DNA of 64,000 bases from a bacterium. GTDB taxonomy: Bacteria; Patescibacteriota; Minisyncoccia; Minisyncoccales; UBA10102. The position numbers and the translations under genes were made by a program. Under the pieces are notes generated by a model. That model saw only the letters and a list, made by a program, of their open reading frames with translations. It made no database searches and was not told the DNA's origin. Positions within the stretch are counted from its first letter, which is position 1. Each line of letters opens with the position of its first letter. This document shows, piece by piece, positions 18,501-27,420 of the stretch. The stretch is from the NCBI GenBank assembly GCA_030647485.1, contig JAUSJT010000001.1, forward strand, positions 76,947 to 140,946, written 5' to 3'.

Positions 18501-19887
18501 GAACAGCACCACGCTGACCACTGCGGGAGCCCTTGCCTTGAACGGCGGAGCAACAGGAACCAGTTTTGCCACGGGTGATGTTCTCACCACGCTTACCAAG
18601 GTGAATACAGACGCAGGCAGCATTAACGCTATGGCAATGGCTTTGGCTGTTGGCGACCTGGTGTACGTGCACGACGCAAGCACTGTTGCAAACGATGGTT
18701 TCTACACTATTGCAACCGCAATTGCTTCAGGCGCAGATGCTACAGGAGCTACGACCTTGTCTGGAGACGCAATTTCTACCGTAGGCACGGCGTTGACTCT
18801 TGTTGCAGGCGACTCCATCACCAAGTTCACTAACTCCAATGGTCTTGCTGGCAACACCATGAGGTTTGAAGAGGTAGAGCCAGTAATTACAGTTGGTTCT
18901 ACTCCGGCCTCTGGTTCTGCCACGCCAAGCACCACGCAGACCGTAGCAACGTTTAACGTGAAAGCATCTGGAACAAGAGACATCACGTTTGACACCCTGG
19001 TAATTGAGAAGACCGGCGCAACCGCATCGTGGAACGTGAGAGACTTTAAGCTCTACAACGGAACCACGCTGTTGGCTGAAGTGTCCGGGCTTGCCTCAAA
19101 CACCAGAACGTTGACCGACGCTGGCGGCACCACGGCAACGGTTGAAGTAGCAGACAACGGAACCATTGGATTTGCTCCGAGCGACACCGTTCTCTATATT
19201 GACAGAGACGCAGAGCAGTTCTCTGGAGCAACTACCGTGAGCACCGTTACTGACTCTGACACTATTGTTCTTGCAGCTGATGTTGTTGGAGGCACTTCTG
19301 CCGCAACAGACTACCTTGTAAAGTACGGGGTAAGCGACACTGACGCTGCAGCGGCAACTACTGTTGTTGACGTAGCAGACGGCAGCAAATACCAGGTTGG
19401 CGATCAGATTTACGCCATTCCTTCCACTGCCGCTAACGCAGGTGGGGCAACCGTAGCCTCTGTGGGCGCAACATCCGTTACCCTCACATTGGCTGCCTTG
19501 TCTGGTATTGCAGATAACGCTGCTATTCTTGGCACCGAAGCTACTACCATATACAACCTCACGAGAGGCAGCAACACCGTAGTGTTTGGAGCAGCTTCCC
19601 CAACAACCGCGCTTGCTTCGCAGACTATTACCGCAGGCCAAACTCTTACGTTAACCGTAGAAGCGGACACAACGTACGTGAAGAGAGCCGTGGTAAGTTC
19701 TGCAATAAGCTCGGCAGCAGCAAGCTTTGGGATCAAGATCCCTGGAACAACTGGACCTTTGCAGGTTACGACATCGCAGGTTGAAGGATTTAACTGGGAT
19801 TACACCCCGTTGAACACCACAGGCACTGCGTTGCCTCGAACCGAAAGCGACAGCTATCCAGTGAACGGCCCAACTCTAAACTACTAA
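15508..19887 (+). CDS. Large S-layer-like surface protein with N-terminal peptidoglycan-binding-like domain
   Basis: Signal peptide, coiled segment, F.RSL.VGS.G.DVKCLQ..GNESLYFG.LT.AAV domain, (TP)n linker, Thr/Ala/Gly/Val-rich beta domains. Confidence 0.75.
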   Translation: MSKLKQTFATVTILSVLVWGALPGGVTALTSAELEAQINALMAQLNTLQGQLPSSTPSTSGAPAACAGITFARSLTVGSSGTDVKCLQALLNSSADTQVSASGVGSAGNESLYFGNLTRAAVVKYQNKYAAEILTPLGLSAGTGFFGAASRTRANTLLAAAPVATTPTPTPTPTPTPTPTPTTGPVSVALASDNPAAKTLGASSAYNTLVKVQVNGGSAGASVTSVTVERFGLSVDTNVAGVLIVDANGNRKGNVVTLATNVATIPFTSDPIVVPANGSAVFSVQAHMAAGATAGTMGFKVTAVSGTPSGLPLIGNLNTLSATTGILGSVTVGTVSQTTASVSVDIGQTDYVLTKFRVTEGSGNEDVKVSKITVFQNGTASDADLTNWDLVDINGNVLATVAQATSKTVVFNLATPYALAKGTNRDLTVRVDVASGSQRTGQAIIQNDYDMQVTGTSTGLGILPTAVAIGGSGDTSFPVGDIASGTAGYNLLTVNQGTITVNKSGTSPSGIVGIGQTNVTLAVFELNAQGEDIQIQRADIFVTGTSVAADFAGTVKLMTDAGQTLYSVAASTAALYDDDTAGTDVVTFSTYYTIPAGTTLKVKLVADASSTIDGTDTAIGNISDVYFKRMTTNTYGTASAATTVAGNTLTATAATLTVVSNASVGATTVIEGGSNVLLGSYLLQTSSAEAVNVSSIATRIARAGASTTVITPVSNLKLKRTDTGAQLGTIISAPATIADGFSTNTFSVSGQLNIPASTTVQIDLYANLSTAASDGGTDDTFITSIAASVVSGVGAISGTSITGPTAAITGRTLTVVEGGTLALSIDTSGAASSQFFTSGLAGVEMGRVKLAATVEDMKITRLVLRSVNGAGNVANVKLLGTGLSSDPSVPLTAGTATFTFAAGSEMTVPAYSSRVVTAVVDLTGSGTIIASRLGVLGFGTADALGAGSGLTVQERLTGTVEVAGTNTFAGAAGDVVYFTATAAAGTNTTPGFWMVTTVNSTTLTTAGALALNGGATGTSFATGDVLTTLTKVNTDAGSINAMAMALAVGDLVYVHDASTVANDGFYTIATAIASGADATGATTLSGDAISTVGTALTLVAGDSITKFTNSNGLAGNTMRFEEVEPVITVGSTPASGSATPSTTQTVATFNVKASGTRDITFDTLVIEKTGATASWNVRDFKLYNGTTLLAEVSGLASNTRTLTDAGGTTATVEVADNGTIGFAPSDTVLYIDRDAEQFSGATTVSTVTDSDTIVLAADVVGGTSAATDYLVKYGVSDTDAAAATTVVDVADGSKYQVGDQIYAIPSTAANAGGATVASVGATSVTLTLAALSGIADNAAILGTEATTIYNLTRGSNTVVFGAASPTTALASQTITAGQTLTLTVEADTTYVKRAVVSSAISSAAASFGIKIPGTTGPLQVTTSQVEGFNWDYTPLNTTGTALPRTESDSYPVNGPTLNY

Positions 19888-19954
19888 CCACCTTGTGGCT
19901 TTGCTCTTAGGACTATGTTCTAGGGACAGAGTTGGTTAGTAAGTTAGAAGCCAG

Positions 19955-19983
19955 CCCCCACACTCATTCTTGAGTCGTGGGGG
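19955..19983. repeat. REP-like hairpin (CCCCAC family), also probable terminator of the S-layer-like gene
   Basis: CCCCCACACTCATTCTTGAGTCGTGGGGG with outer AGAAGCCAG/TTGGTTTCT arms. Confidence 0.7.
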
Positions 19984-20064
19984 TTTGGTTTCTGCGCGAT
20001 TATCTGCGTGATACTTGCGCGATTATTTTATCTATAGCTAAAATAGTCAAGAAACTAATGACTG

Positions 20065-20236
20065 ATGAAGATCCTGGAATTCCTGGATTCAGGTAGGCAG
20101 GATTGCAGTGAGCGATGTCGTTGATACTCTTGAGTGCCCAAAGCGAACAGCGCAAGCCCATCTCCAACGACTCAAAACTTTAAAGATTATCAAACAAGTC
20201 GGCAAAGGGCCCGCTTCTGCCTATATATTGGAATGA
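20065..20236 (+). pseudogene. Frameshifted remnant of a winged-HTH C-terminus (Fic-like gene tail)
   Basis: KILEFLD / QVGRIAVSDVVDTLECPKRTAQAHLQRLKTLKIIKQVGKGPASAYILE*, similar in layout to the tail of the adjacent Fic protein. Confidence 0.6.
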
Positions 20237-20239
20237 TAT

Positions 20240-20301
20240 GATTGAGCGTATTGGACAAGGCCGTTCAACAAGTTATGTGATATCACGGATTAATACAGAT
20301 T
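20240..20301 (+). repeat. 62 bp direct repeat, copy 1 (duplicate of fic 3' end)
   Basis: Identical to 21356-21417 except one base (GTGATATC vs GTGACATC). Confidence 0.95.
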
Positions 20302-20327
20302 TGCTAATCCGTTATAATCTGCTATAG

Positions 20328-21419
20328 TTGATATATCGGAATATGACAAAAAATAATAGATTAGACCAGCGGCTTTTGCAGATACCAGCTGAAATTTGGT
20401 CAAAAATAACACATATAGACGAGTTGAAGGGGCAATGGGTTGCTGGCGCTCGGCTTTCTCCTCAGGTTTTAGGCCGTCTTAAGCGATCAGTTTTGATTAC
20501 TTCAACTGGCGCCTCAACTCGTATTGAGGGCGCGAAACTATCTGACGAAGATATTGAAAAACTGATGCGCGGTATTAATATCCAGAAATTCACAGACCGC
20601 GATAAGCAGGAAGTGAAGGGATATTTTGAATTGCTTGAAAATGTCTTTGATTCTTGGGAATCTCTTACGTTTGGCGAAAACTCCATCAAGCATTTCCATG
20701 GGGAGCTTTTAAAATATGTGACGAAAGACGAGGATCACCGCGGCGAATATAAGAAGCAAGAAAATCAAGTGCAGATGATAAATGCGGCAGGTGAGTCAGT
20801 TGGCATACTTTTTAAGACTACGCCCTCGTATCTCACACCCAAAGAAATGCAGGAACTGGTTGAGTGGACCAAAGAAGCTCTTGTTGAGAAAAAATACCAC
20901 CCGCTTCTTATCGTGGGCAATTTTCTTGTTGAGTTTTTGCAGATACATCCATTTCAAGACGGCAATGGACGGCTTTCCCGCGTTCTTACAAACCTCCTCC
21001 TACTTAAAGAAGGCTACTTGTATATGCCATATGCTTCGCATGAAAAATTTGTTGAAGACAACAAGCCGGAGTATTATCTTGCGCTTCGCCAAAGTCAACA
21101 GACATTTAAAACGGGCAATGAGACTGTCATTCCGTGGATGGATTTCTTTTTGACTATTTTTTTGAAGCAGTCAGAAATGGCCATTGACCTTTTGTCTAAA
21201 GAAAACATTGAGAGGCTGCTTACTCAAAAACAACTCGCTGTTTGGAATTATCTCCAGAAAGCTGTTAGCGCTACACCGCGCGAAATCTCCAAAGAGACAA
21301 AAGTTGCTTATCCAACTGTTAGGCAGGCAATCGATAAGCTGATGCGCCTCAAAAAGATTGAGCGTATTGGACAAGGCCGTTCAACAAGTTATGTGACATC
21401 ACGGATTAATACAGATTAA
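20328..21419 (+). CDS. fic: Fic family protein with C-terminal wHTH
   Basis: Canonical HPFQDGNGRLSR motif; STRIEG inhibitory-type motif in N-terminus; true start may be ATG 20343. Confidence 0.92.
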   Translation: MIYRNMTKNNRLDQRLLQIPAEIWSKITHIDELKGQWVAGARLSPQVLGRLKRSVLITSTGASTRIEGAKLSDEDIEKLMRGINIQKFTDRDKQEVKGYFELLENVFDSWESLTFGENSIKHFHGELLKYVTKDEDHRGEYKKQENQVQMINAAGESVGILFKTTPSYLTPKEMQELVEWTKEALVEKKYHPLLIVGNFLVEFLQIHPFQDGNGRLSRVLTNLLLLKEGYLYMPYASHEKFVEDNKPEYYLALRQSQQTFKTGNETVIPWMDFFLTIFLKQSEMAIDLLSKENIERLLTQKQLAVWNYLQKAVSATPREISKETKVAYPTVRQAIDKLMRLKKIERIGQGRSTSYVTSRINTD

Positions 21420-21461
21420 GACGGCACGGATTTATACAGATACTACAGATTTATGCGGATA
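21396..21461 (-). repeat. ATCnGY repeat array downstream of GxxExxY gene
   Basis: RCnGAT units on + strand at 21401, 21411, 21426, 21436, 21445, 21455. Confidence 0.85.
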
Positions 21462-21855
21462 CTCCCTTAGTGTGAATGAAACGTTTGATGATAAGCTTCC
21501 GAGGAGTAAAGGCAACCAAGAAGCCCAGCTCATAGGGTGATCCTTTGAGATAGCCCCAGAATTGTTTTTCGTCTTCGCTAGTCAAGAATGGTTTTGATTT
21601 TAGCTCAATCATAATCTTTTTGTCCACAACAAGATCGGGAATATATGTCCCTATCTTTTCACCTAGATAGGACAAGCTTATTCTGACTTGATGTCCTACC
21701 TCCATACCTTGTTTTTTAAGCTGTGCTGATAGAGCACGCTCAATAATCTTCTCTTTAATCCCTCCGCCAAGAGTATTATAGACCTGAAAACATGCGCCTC
21801 GGATCTTGTATGATTCTTCTTCATAAAGCAACTTACCTGGTTCTTTATTTCCCAT
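21451..21855 (-). CDS. GxxExxY family protein (PD-(D/E)XK nuclease-like fold)
   Basis: Y.IRGACFQVYNTLGGGIKEKIIE, PDLVVDKKIMIELKS, GYLKGS..LGFLVAF. Confidence 0.9.
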   Translation of the reverse strand: MGNKEPGKLLYEEESYKIRGACFQVYNTLGGGIKEKIIERALSAQLKKQGMEVGHQVRISLSYLGEKIGTYIPDLVVDKKIMIELKSKPFLTSEDEKQFWGYLKGSPYELGFLVAFTPRKLIIKRFIHTKGVSA

Positions 21856-21869
21856 AAGGTGTATTTTAC

Positions 21870-21912
21870 AGTATCCGTATCAATCCGTTAAATCCGTATA
21901 TATCCGTGATGT
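21870..21912 (+). repeat. 4x ATCCGT module upstream of GxxExxY gene, inverted relative to downstream array
   Basis: ATCCGT at 21873, 21883, 21892, 21902. Confidence 0.9.
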
Positions 21913-21975
21913 GGTTACAAAGTTATCCACAGCTTGACACCTTGCTATGCTTTTTAAGTATCGTATAATAGTTGT

Positions 21976-22082
21976 ATCCGCATCAATCAGCAGTATCAGT
22001 ATTCATCAGCGGTTTTAATATAAAGGTCGTAGTATTGAGTTTTCAACATCCGCATTAATCTGTAGTATCCGCATTAATCAGC
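21976..22082 (+). repeat. Two orphan 4x ATCnGY modules in the leader of the 22197 surface gene
   Basis: Units at 21976/21986/21995/22005 and 22048/22058/22067/22077. Confidence 0.85.
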
Positions 22083-22196
22083 GGTATTGCAAAAAGTCGA
22101 AATCAAAAATTTTCACCTCTCATTATTTATAGATGCATAATAAGTAATGGGGGAATGGGAATAATAAACAATTCATAACAATTACCAAATTCATAA

Positions 22197-25100
22197 ATGA
22201 GTACTAAAGTTTTAAAGTATATTTCAGTTTGTTTGTTGGTTCTGGTATTCGGCGCGCTCGGAACAGGAGTCGCAAACGCTATTGTCACCCTGAACGCAAC
22301 TTCGGTAACCTCTGACGTCGCCCTCACTCTGACAGCAGCCGCGGCCTCAACATGGTCAACAAGCGCAGGAGCATTGACAATTACAGGAGCAGGAGCTTCC
22401 ACATGGTCAGTCACATCAGGAGATCTTACAGTTTCAACAGGCGCTGGCGCCCTTCTGCTTACAGCAGTTGGCGCAACGGCTGGAGACATAACCCTAACAG
22501 CCGGTGATGACTTTACCGTAAACGGTGCAGCCACTTCTCTGTACAACATTGGCGCCGCAACAACAGGTGGCACCATTATCATTGGAGGTACAGCTCAAAC
22601 AGGACTTATGTCTTTTGGTGACACTGACGCTTCAGTTGTCACAGAGATTTCCATTGGTGGTGGCAACGGCAACAAGACAGCCATCAACATTGGAGATGGC
22701 ACCGGAGCAAACGGGATTAACATTGGTACTGGTACCACTGGAATCAAGACGATTAAAATCGGTGATGACGCTACAGCCGTAAATGCAATCACAATAGGCG
22801 GCGCTGCATCCAACCTCGTTCTTAGTGATGCTCAATGGAGTATTACTGGTACTGGTCTTATCACTACAGCTGGCGTAGCCGATGGTACTGATACCTTGGT
22901 TCTCACCGCAGGTGACATCCTTGTCACCAACGGTGACTTGGATCTTTCGGGTGGTGACTTTAATGTGGTCCTCGATGCAGCTGATGGCGTAAACATTTCA
23001 AAGGGTGCGGCGCCAACCGCCGATGTGTTCACGATTGCAGGTGGCACTCCAGTCACAGCCAACGTTGATGGTCTTAACATCTCATTGACGACCGCTGAAG
23101 GCGCAACCGGTTCAACCTTGCTTAATTTGAACCCAACCTTTGCCGCCACGACAGCAAGCACCTTCAATGTCTTAAACGTTGCCGCCTTCACCGCAACCTC
23201 GACCACAAACGCAATGACCGCTCGGGCCATTGCCATTGGTGTCCTGACAGAAGCAGGCACAGGTACAGTGGCTTCAACAGCAATGAGTGTAGGTACCGGC
23301 TGGGACAATATCTTTGATACAGGTGGATTTGACGTAGTAAATGTTACTGGCGCGACCACCATTACTGGTTCAGCAGAAGGCACAGCCGCATTGACGCTCG
23401 CTCTTGGTGATGTGGTGCTTACCGATGGAGACCTGACGCTTACAAGCGGTCAAATTGAGGTTCCTGACAACGCAGTTTCTTTTGAAGTGCTTGTAGACGC
23501 CACAGGCGGAGCGGCTTACTTGGCTCTTGTAACCACTGATGGCTCTGAAACCATGGTCTTCGGCCACGGCACGGTTGACTCCATTACCTTTACCACTGAT
23601 GGCACGGGTACTGGAGAAATCGTTCTCCCGCTTCTCTCTATCGCCGGAGCTGAAATGGTGAGTGATACAGTAACCGCGACGCAGCTTGCCGCAGCCTTAA
23701 CCTTTGCAGCGCTTGACTACGTAGACCTGGCCTTGATTGTTCAAAACTCGACGGCTGATCAGGGGCTTCGCTTGCCACAGGCGGCGAGTGCCACCCCAAC
23801 AAGTCCAACTAACTCTTTAGAAGGATTAATTGCTTGGAATGCAGCCGATAATCAAGTAATAGTATATAGCGGTTCTGCATGGACAACTGCAATTGGCAAT
23901 ACTACAGCTGCAAACACCTGGACCGATAATCAGATCTACACTTTCGGAACTGACGAGGATATTGCGATTACCAACGCTTCTGCGACTACCGTTGATGTAT
24001 TATCTCTTACCGTTACCAATACCGACGCAGACGCTGCACAAATTTCTCTGACGCTAGGAAATGACACCGGTGTTGATACTACCGCCGCATTGAATCTTGC
24101 AGTCACAAGCGCCATAACAGGAGATGTTGACGTATTGGTTGGGCTTAACATTGCAGACCTTACTACGCCAGACAACGTTACAGTAGTAGAACGAGCTCTC
24201 GTTATTGGGAGTGGCTGGGATGCAAATCTCTTGTTTGCAGACACCACCACCCAGATTCAGATTACTGATACAGGAACCTATGTCTTTGAAAACGTCACTG
24301 GCACAGATTTCTTGGCCTTAAGTGTCACCCTAGCAACCTTTGCAGGTGACCTCACGTTAACCGGCGGAGACATCACAGGCACAGGTTCAGAATCAATCGA
24401 TATTTCTGAAGCCACAGCCAATGCCTTCACCTTTACAAGAAACGACGCGGGAACTGTTACCCTTACTGCCGCAGATGATGACGGTACCGCTGCCCTCACC
24501 ATTGTGGCCGGAGGCACTGCCACCCTCTCCATTGGAGACTCTGGAGACACCCTGGCCTTCACAGGAGTGGACATGAACTTTGCCATCATTGACGGCCAGT
24601 CTGTGAACATTGACGGGGACGCCACTCCAACCGCTGATCTTGTCACGATTGGATCTGGCGACACCACCGCAACAGCCAGCCTTGACGGTCTTAACATCAC
24701 CTTGATTACCGCTGAAGGCGCGGACGGTTCAACCCTTCTTAACCTGAACCCAACCTTTGCTGCCACAACAGCGAGCACCTTTAACGTGATGAACATAGCC
24801 GCATTCACCGCAACCTCCACAACAAACGCAATGACCGCTCGAGCCATAAGTATTGGCGCCCTGACAGAAGCTGGCAATGGTACGGTGGCTTCCACGGCCA
24901 TAAGCATTAGCACGGGTTGGGACAACATCTTTGACACAGGCGGCTTCGATGTCGTTAATGTCACAGGAGCAACAACCATTACCGGCTCTGCCGAAGGCAC
25001 CGCTGCTTTGACGCTCGCTCTTGGAGACGTTGTCCTTACAGATGGAGACCTTACCCTTACGAGTGGTCAGATTGAGGTTCCAGATAACGCCACCTCCTTT

Positions 25101-25679
25101 CAAGTCATTGTAGATAACGCGGCTGGAGCTGCTTATCTTGCCCTTGTCACCACTGATGGTGCTGAAACCATGGTCTTTGGCCATGGCACAGTAGATTCTG
25201 TTACCGTAACCACAGACGGCACAGGAGATGCAGAAGTAGTATTGCCAGCAGCATCCGTTGGCGAGTCTGAATTAGTAGCTTCTTCAGGCACGGGGCTTGG
25301 CGTTCTTCGTACAGCTCGCGCTCGGTATGTCTTTGGGACAGATAGTGGAACGTCAGGAACGGGAACGATTGCAGCCACAGCCGCTATTCCAGACAACGCA
25401 GTTATTGTGGGAGGAAGCATTAATTCCACAACAGCCGCTACTTCAGGAGGCTCGGCTACCATAGCGTTCGGAGTTACTGCAGGCGGAGCCACTGATACTA
25501 TCTTGGCCGCAGCCGCAGTAGCTACTTTGAGCTCAGACGCGTTGCTTAACGCTACTCGCACCTTCGCGTCTCCGTACAAGATGACTGCCGCAGGAAACAT
25601 CAACATCACCATAGCAGTAGCAGATTTGACCGCAGGCGTGATTGAAGTCACAGTATTGTACTATGTAGCAGCTAACTAA
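22197..25679 (+). CDS. Large secreted Thr/Ala/Gly-rich fibre/adhesin-like surface protein with a 188-aa internal duplication
   Basis: Signal peptide; beta-strand-rich low-complexity repeats; duplicated block 23067-23630 / 24684-25247. Confidence 0.7.
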   Translation: MSTKVLKYISVCLLVLVFGALGTGVANAIVTLNATSVTSDVALTLTAAAASTWSTSAGALTITGAGASTWSVTSGDLTVSTGAGALLLTAVGATAGDITLTAGDDFTVNGAATSLYNIGAATTGGTIIIGGTAQTGLMSFGDTDASVVTEISIGGGNGNKTAINIGDGTGANGINIGTGTTGIKTIKIGDDATAVNAITIGGAASNLVLSDAQWSITGTGLITTAGVADGTDTLVLTAGDILVTNGDLDLSGGDFNVVLDAADGVNISKGAAPTADVFTIAGGTPVTANVDGLNISLTTAEGATGSTLLNLNPTFAATTASTFNVLNVAAFTATSTTNAMTARAIAIGVLTEAGTGTVASTAMSVGTGWDNIFDTGGFDVVNVTGATTITGSAEGTAALTLALGDVVLTDGDLTLTSGQIEVPDNAVSFEVLVDATGGAAYLALVTTDGSETMVFGHGTVDSITFTTDGTGTGEIVLPLLSIAGAEMVSDTVTATQLAAALTFAALDYVDLALIVQNSTADQGLRLPQAASATPTSPTNSLEGLIAWNAADNQVIVYSGSAWTTAIGNTTAANTWTDNQIYTFGTDEDIAITNASATTVDVLSLTVTNTDADAAQISLTLGNDTGVDTTAALNLAVTSAITGDVDVLVGLNIADLTTPDNVTVVERALVIGSGWDANLLFADTTTQIQITDTGTYVFENVTGTDFLALSVTLATFAGDLTLTGGDITGTGSESIDISEATANAFTFTRNDAGTVTLTAADDDGTAALTIVAGGTATLSIGDSGDTLAFTGVDMNFAIIDGQSVNIDGDATPTADLVTIGSGDTTATASLDGLNITLITAEGADGSTLLNLNPTFAATTASTFNVMNIAAFTATSTTNAMTARAISIGALTEAGNGTVASTAISISTGWDNIFDTGGFDVVNVTGATTITGSAEGTAALTLALGDVVLTDGDLTLTSGQIEVPDNATSFQVIVDNAAGAAYLALVTTDGAETMVFGHGTVDSVTVTTDGTGDAEVVLPAASVGESELVASSGTGLGVLRTARARYVFGTDSGTSGTGTIAATAAIPDNAVIVGGSINSTTAATSGGSATIAFGVTAGGATDTILAAAAVATLSSDALLNATRTFASPYKMTAAGNINITIAVADLTAGVIEVTVLYYVAAN

Positions 25680-25716
25680 GCTTAATCAATCCTAACCTTT
25701 AGGTTAACTGTATAGG

Positions 25717-26745
25717 ATGAAAAAAATCAAACTTACAATAGGATTGCTCTTGCTTAGCTTGGCTGTTGTGTTGCCTGGAGGAGTTGTAAATGCCGCGTAC
25801 AATAGCGTTCCGTTTGATGCTGCAGCCACAGTAGTGCTTACAGGCCCGGAGCCAGATATTACGTTAACTATCTCTGGGGGAGCTGGGCAAGCTGTGGAAG
25901 CCATGGTTGTTAACACCGGTAACGTAACGGTTACGCTTGTCAGAAGTGGTGCCAATGCTTCAAGCATTACGTTCACATCTGCCGATAAGTTTACCTTGGG
26001 TAATGACGGCGGGTTTGCAACAACATGCGGCGCTAGCACTTCAAGTACTACGCTTACAAGAGTTCTTGCTTCTGGAGATGGAACAACAACCGTTGTTCTC
26101 TCTCCATCAAGAACGGTATGCGATGCAGGTAGTAGCGGAGGAGGCGGAGGCGGCGGTTCAACAGCCACTACTACAACCACCACAACTCCAACTACGACAA
26201 CCACTCCGACAACCCCAACAACTACTCCCACTACCACCCCAACTACGCCTACCACAACGCCTACCACCCCAACCACTACTCCAACAACAACAACCCCAAC
26301 CGCTTTAGTAGCAATCCCAGCAGTTCCCGCAAATCCAACCACAACCCAGATTCAGGCAGCAATTGTTGCAATTTTGAACAACATCAACTACTTGAGGACC
26401 CAGTTGGCCATACTCATAGCAACGGAACAGCCAGGATCAAAAGACGTGCCTCCGCATTGCCGCGGCATTGTATTCTCTAATGCTCTGAAAGTTGGAAGCA
26501 CGGGAAATGAGGTGAAGTGCTTGCAAGCGTTGCTCAATCAGGATTCTGGCACGAAGATAGCTTCTTTGGGAGTAGGTTCTCCTGGCAACGAGACCACACT
26601 CTTTGGCTCATTAACCAAGGCAGCAGTCGTGAAATTCCAACAGAAGTATGCTTCAAGCATTCTTACTCCCTTGGGACTAACCTTTGGAACTGGCACGGTA
26701 GGACCCTCAACAAGAGCAAAGCTTAATCAACTATTAGGTAAATAG
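25717..26745 (+). CDS. Secreted protein with Thr/Pro linker and C-terminal peptidoglycan-binding-like domain
   Basis: Signal peptide, poly-Gly, (TTP)n, [42 protein letters not shown]. Confidence 0.75.
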   Translation: MKKIKLTIGLLLLSLAVVLPGGVVNAAYNSVPFDAAATVVLTGPEPDITLTISGGAGQAVEAMVVNTGNVTVTLVRSGANASSITFTSADKFTLGNDGGFATTCGASTSSTTLTRVLASGDGTTTVVLSPSRTVCDAGSSGGGGGGGSTATTTTTTTPTTTTTPTTPTTTPTTTPTTPTTTPTTPTTTPTTTTPTALVAIPAVPANPTTTQIQAAIVAILNNINYLRTQLAILIATEQPGSKDVPPHCRGIVFSNALKVGSTGNEVKCLQALLNQDSGTKIASLGVGSPGNETTLFGSLTKAAVVKFQQKYASSILTPLGLTFGTGTVGPSTRAKLNQLLGK

Positions 26746-26799
26746 CCCGCCACTACTTTTTGCAAAAGTATGGGGGTTGATTCTCTCCTTGTGGGAACG

Positions 26800-26832
26800 C
26801 AAAGGCCCGTCTCTCTGGCGGGTTTTTGTTTT
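26800..26832 (+). terminator. Intrinsic terminator
   Basis: GGCCCGTC-TCTCT-GGCGGGTT followed by T-run. Confidence 0.65.
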
Positions 26833-26867
26833 GTTGACATATCTAAGTGAATTGTTATCATACATGT

Positions 26868-27104
26868 ATGGCTACAAGAACAAGTCAAAATTCAATAACA
26901 ATCTCAAGGGAAGCCGTACGTAGGAAGGGCGGAGTTGTTATTTTGGACTTAGGAGAATACGAGAAGCTTCGCGAAAGCGCAGTGCCTACTTACTATTTGG
27001 CTGGGAAAGAGGCGGAAGAATTAGATAATCTTGTAAGAGAGGGAAGAAGAGAATATAAAGCAGGAAAGACAAGAAAGATAAAGTCCTTGAGCGATTTAGA
27101 CTAA
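26868..27104 (+). CDS. Antitoxin-like small protein
   Basis: TTGACA-16-TATCAT promoter 6 nt before ATG; VVILDLGEYEKL..EGRREYKAGKTRKIKSL; precedes RelE-like toxin. Confidence 0.7.
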   Translation: MATRTSQNSITISREAVRRKGGVVILDLGEYEKLRESAVPTYYLAGKEAEELDNLVREGRREYKAGKTRKIKSLSDLD

Positions 27105-27107
27105 TGC

Positions 27108-27366
27108 ATGGAAATTCAAGTCTCGGAACGATTTAGGAAAAACTATCGAAAGCTTCCAAAGAGAATAAAGGAACGGGCAAAGCAAAAAGAATCGATTTTT
27201 CGAGGGAATCCTTTCGATTCTGGGCTCAAAACCCACAAACTTTCTGGCAAAGAAGAAGGCCGTGTGGGCTTTTTGGGTTACTGATTCTTATCGTATCAAG
27301 TTTATCTTTTTTCCTCGCGGGGAAGTTTTGTTTTTGGATATCGGCACCCATTCAATTTACAAATAA
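27108..27366 (+). pseudogene. RelE/YafQ-like mRNA interferase toxin with a 1-nt frameshift
   Basis: MEIQVSERFRKNYRKLP..NPFDSGLKTHKLSG in one frame and VWAFWVTDSYRIKFIF..LDIGTHSIYK* in another; 259 nt = 3n+1. Confidence 0.8.
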
Positions 27367-27420
27367 GCGGGTTTTTGTTTTCTCTTGACTCCTCTTACTA
27401 TCAGCATATAATAGGTGTAT

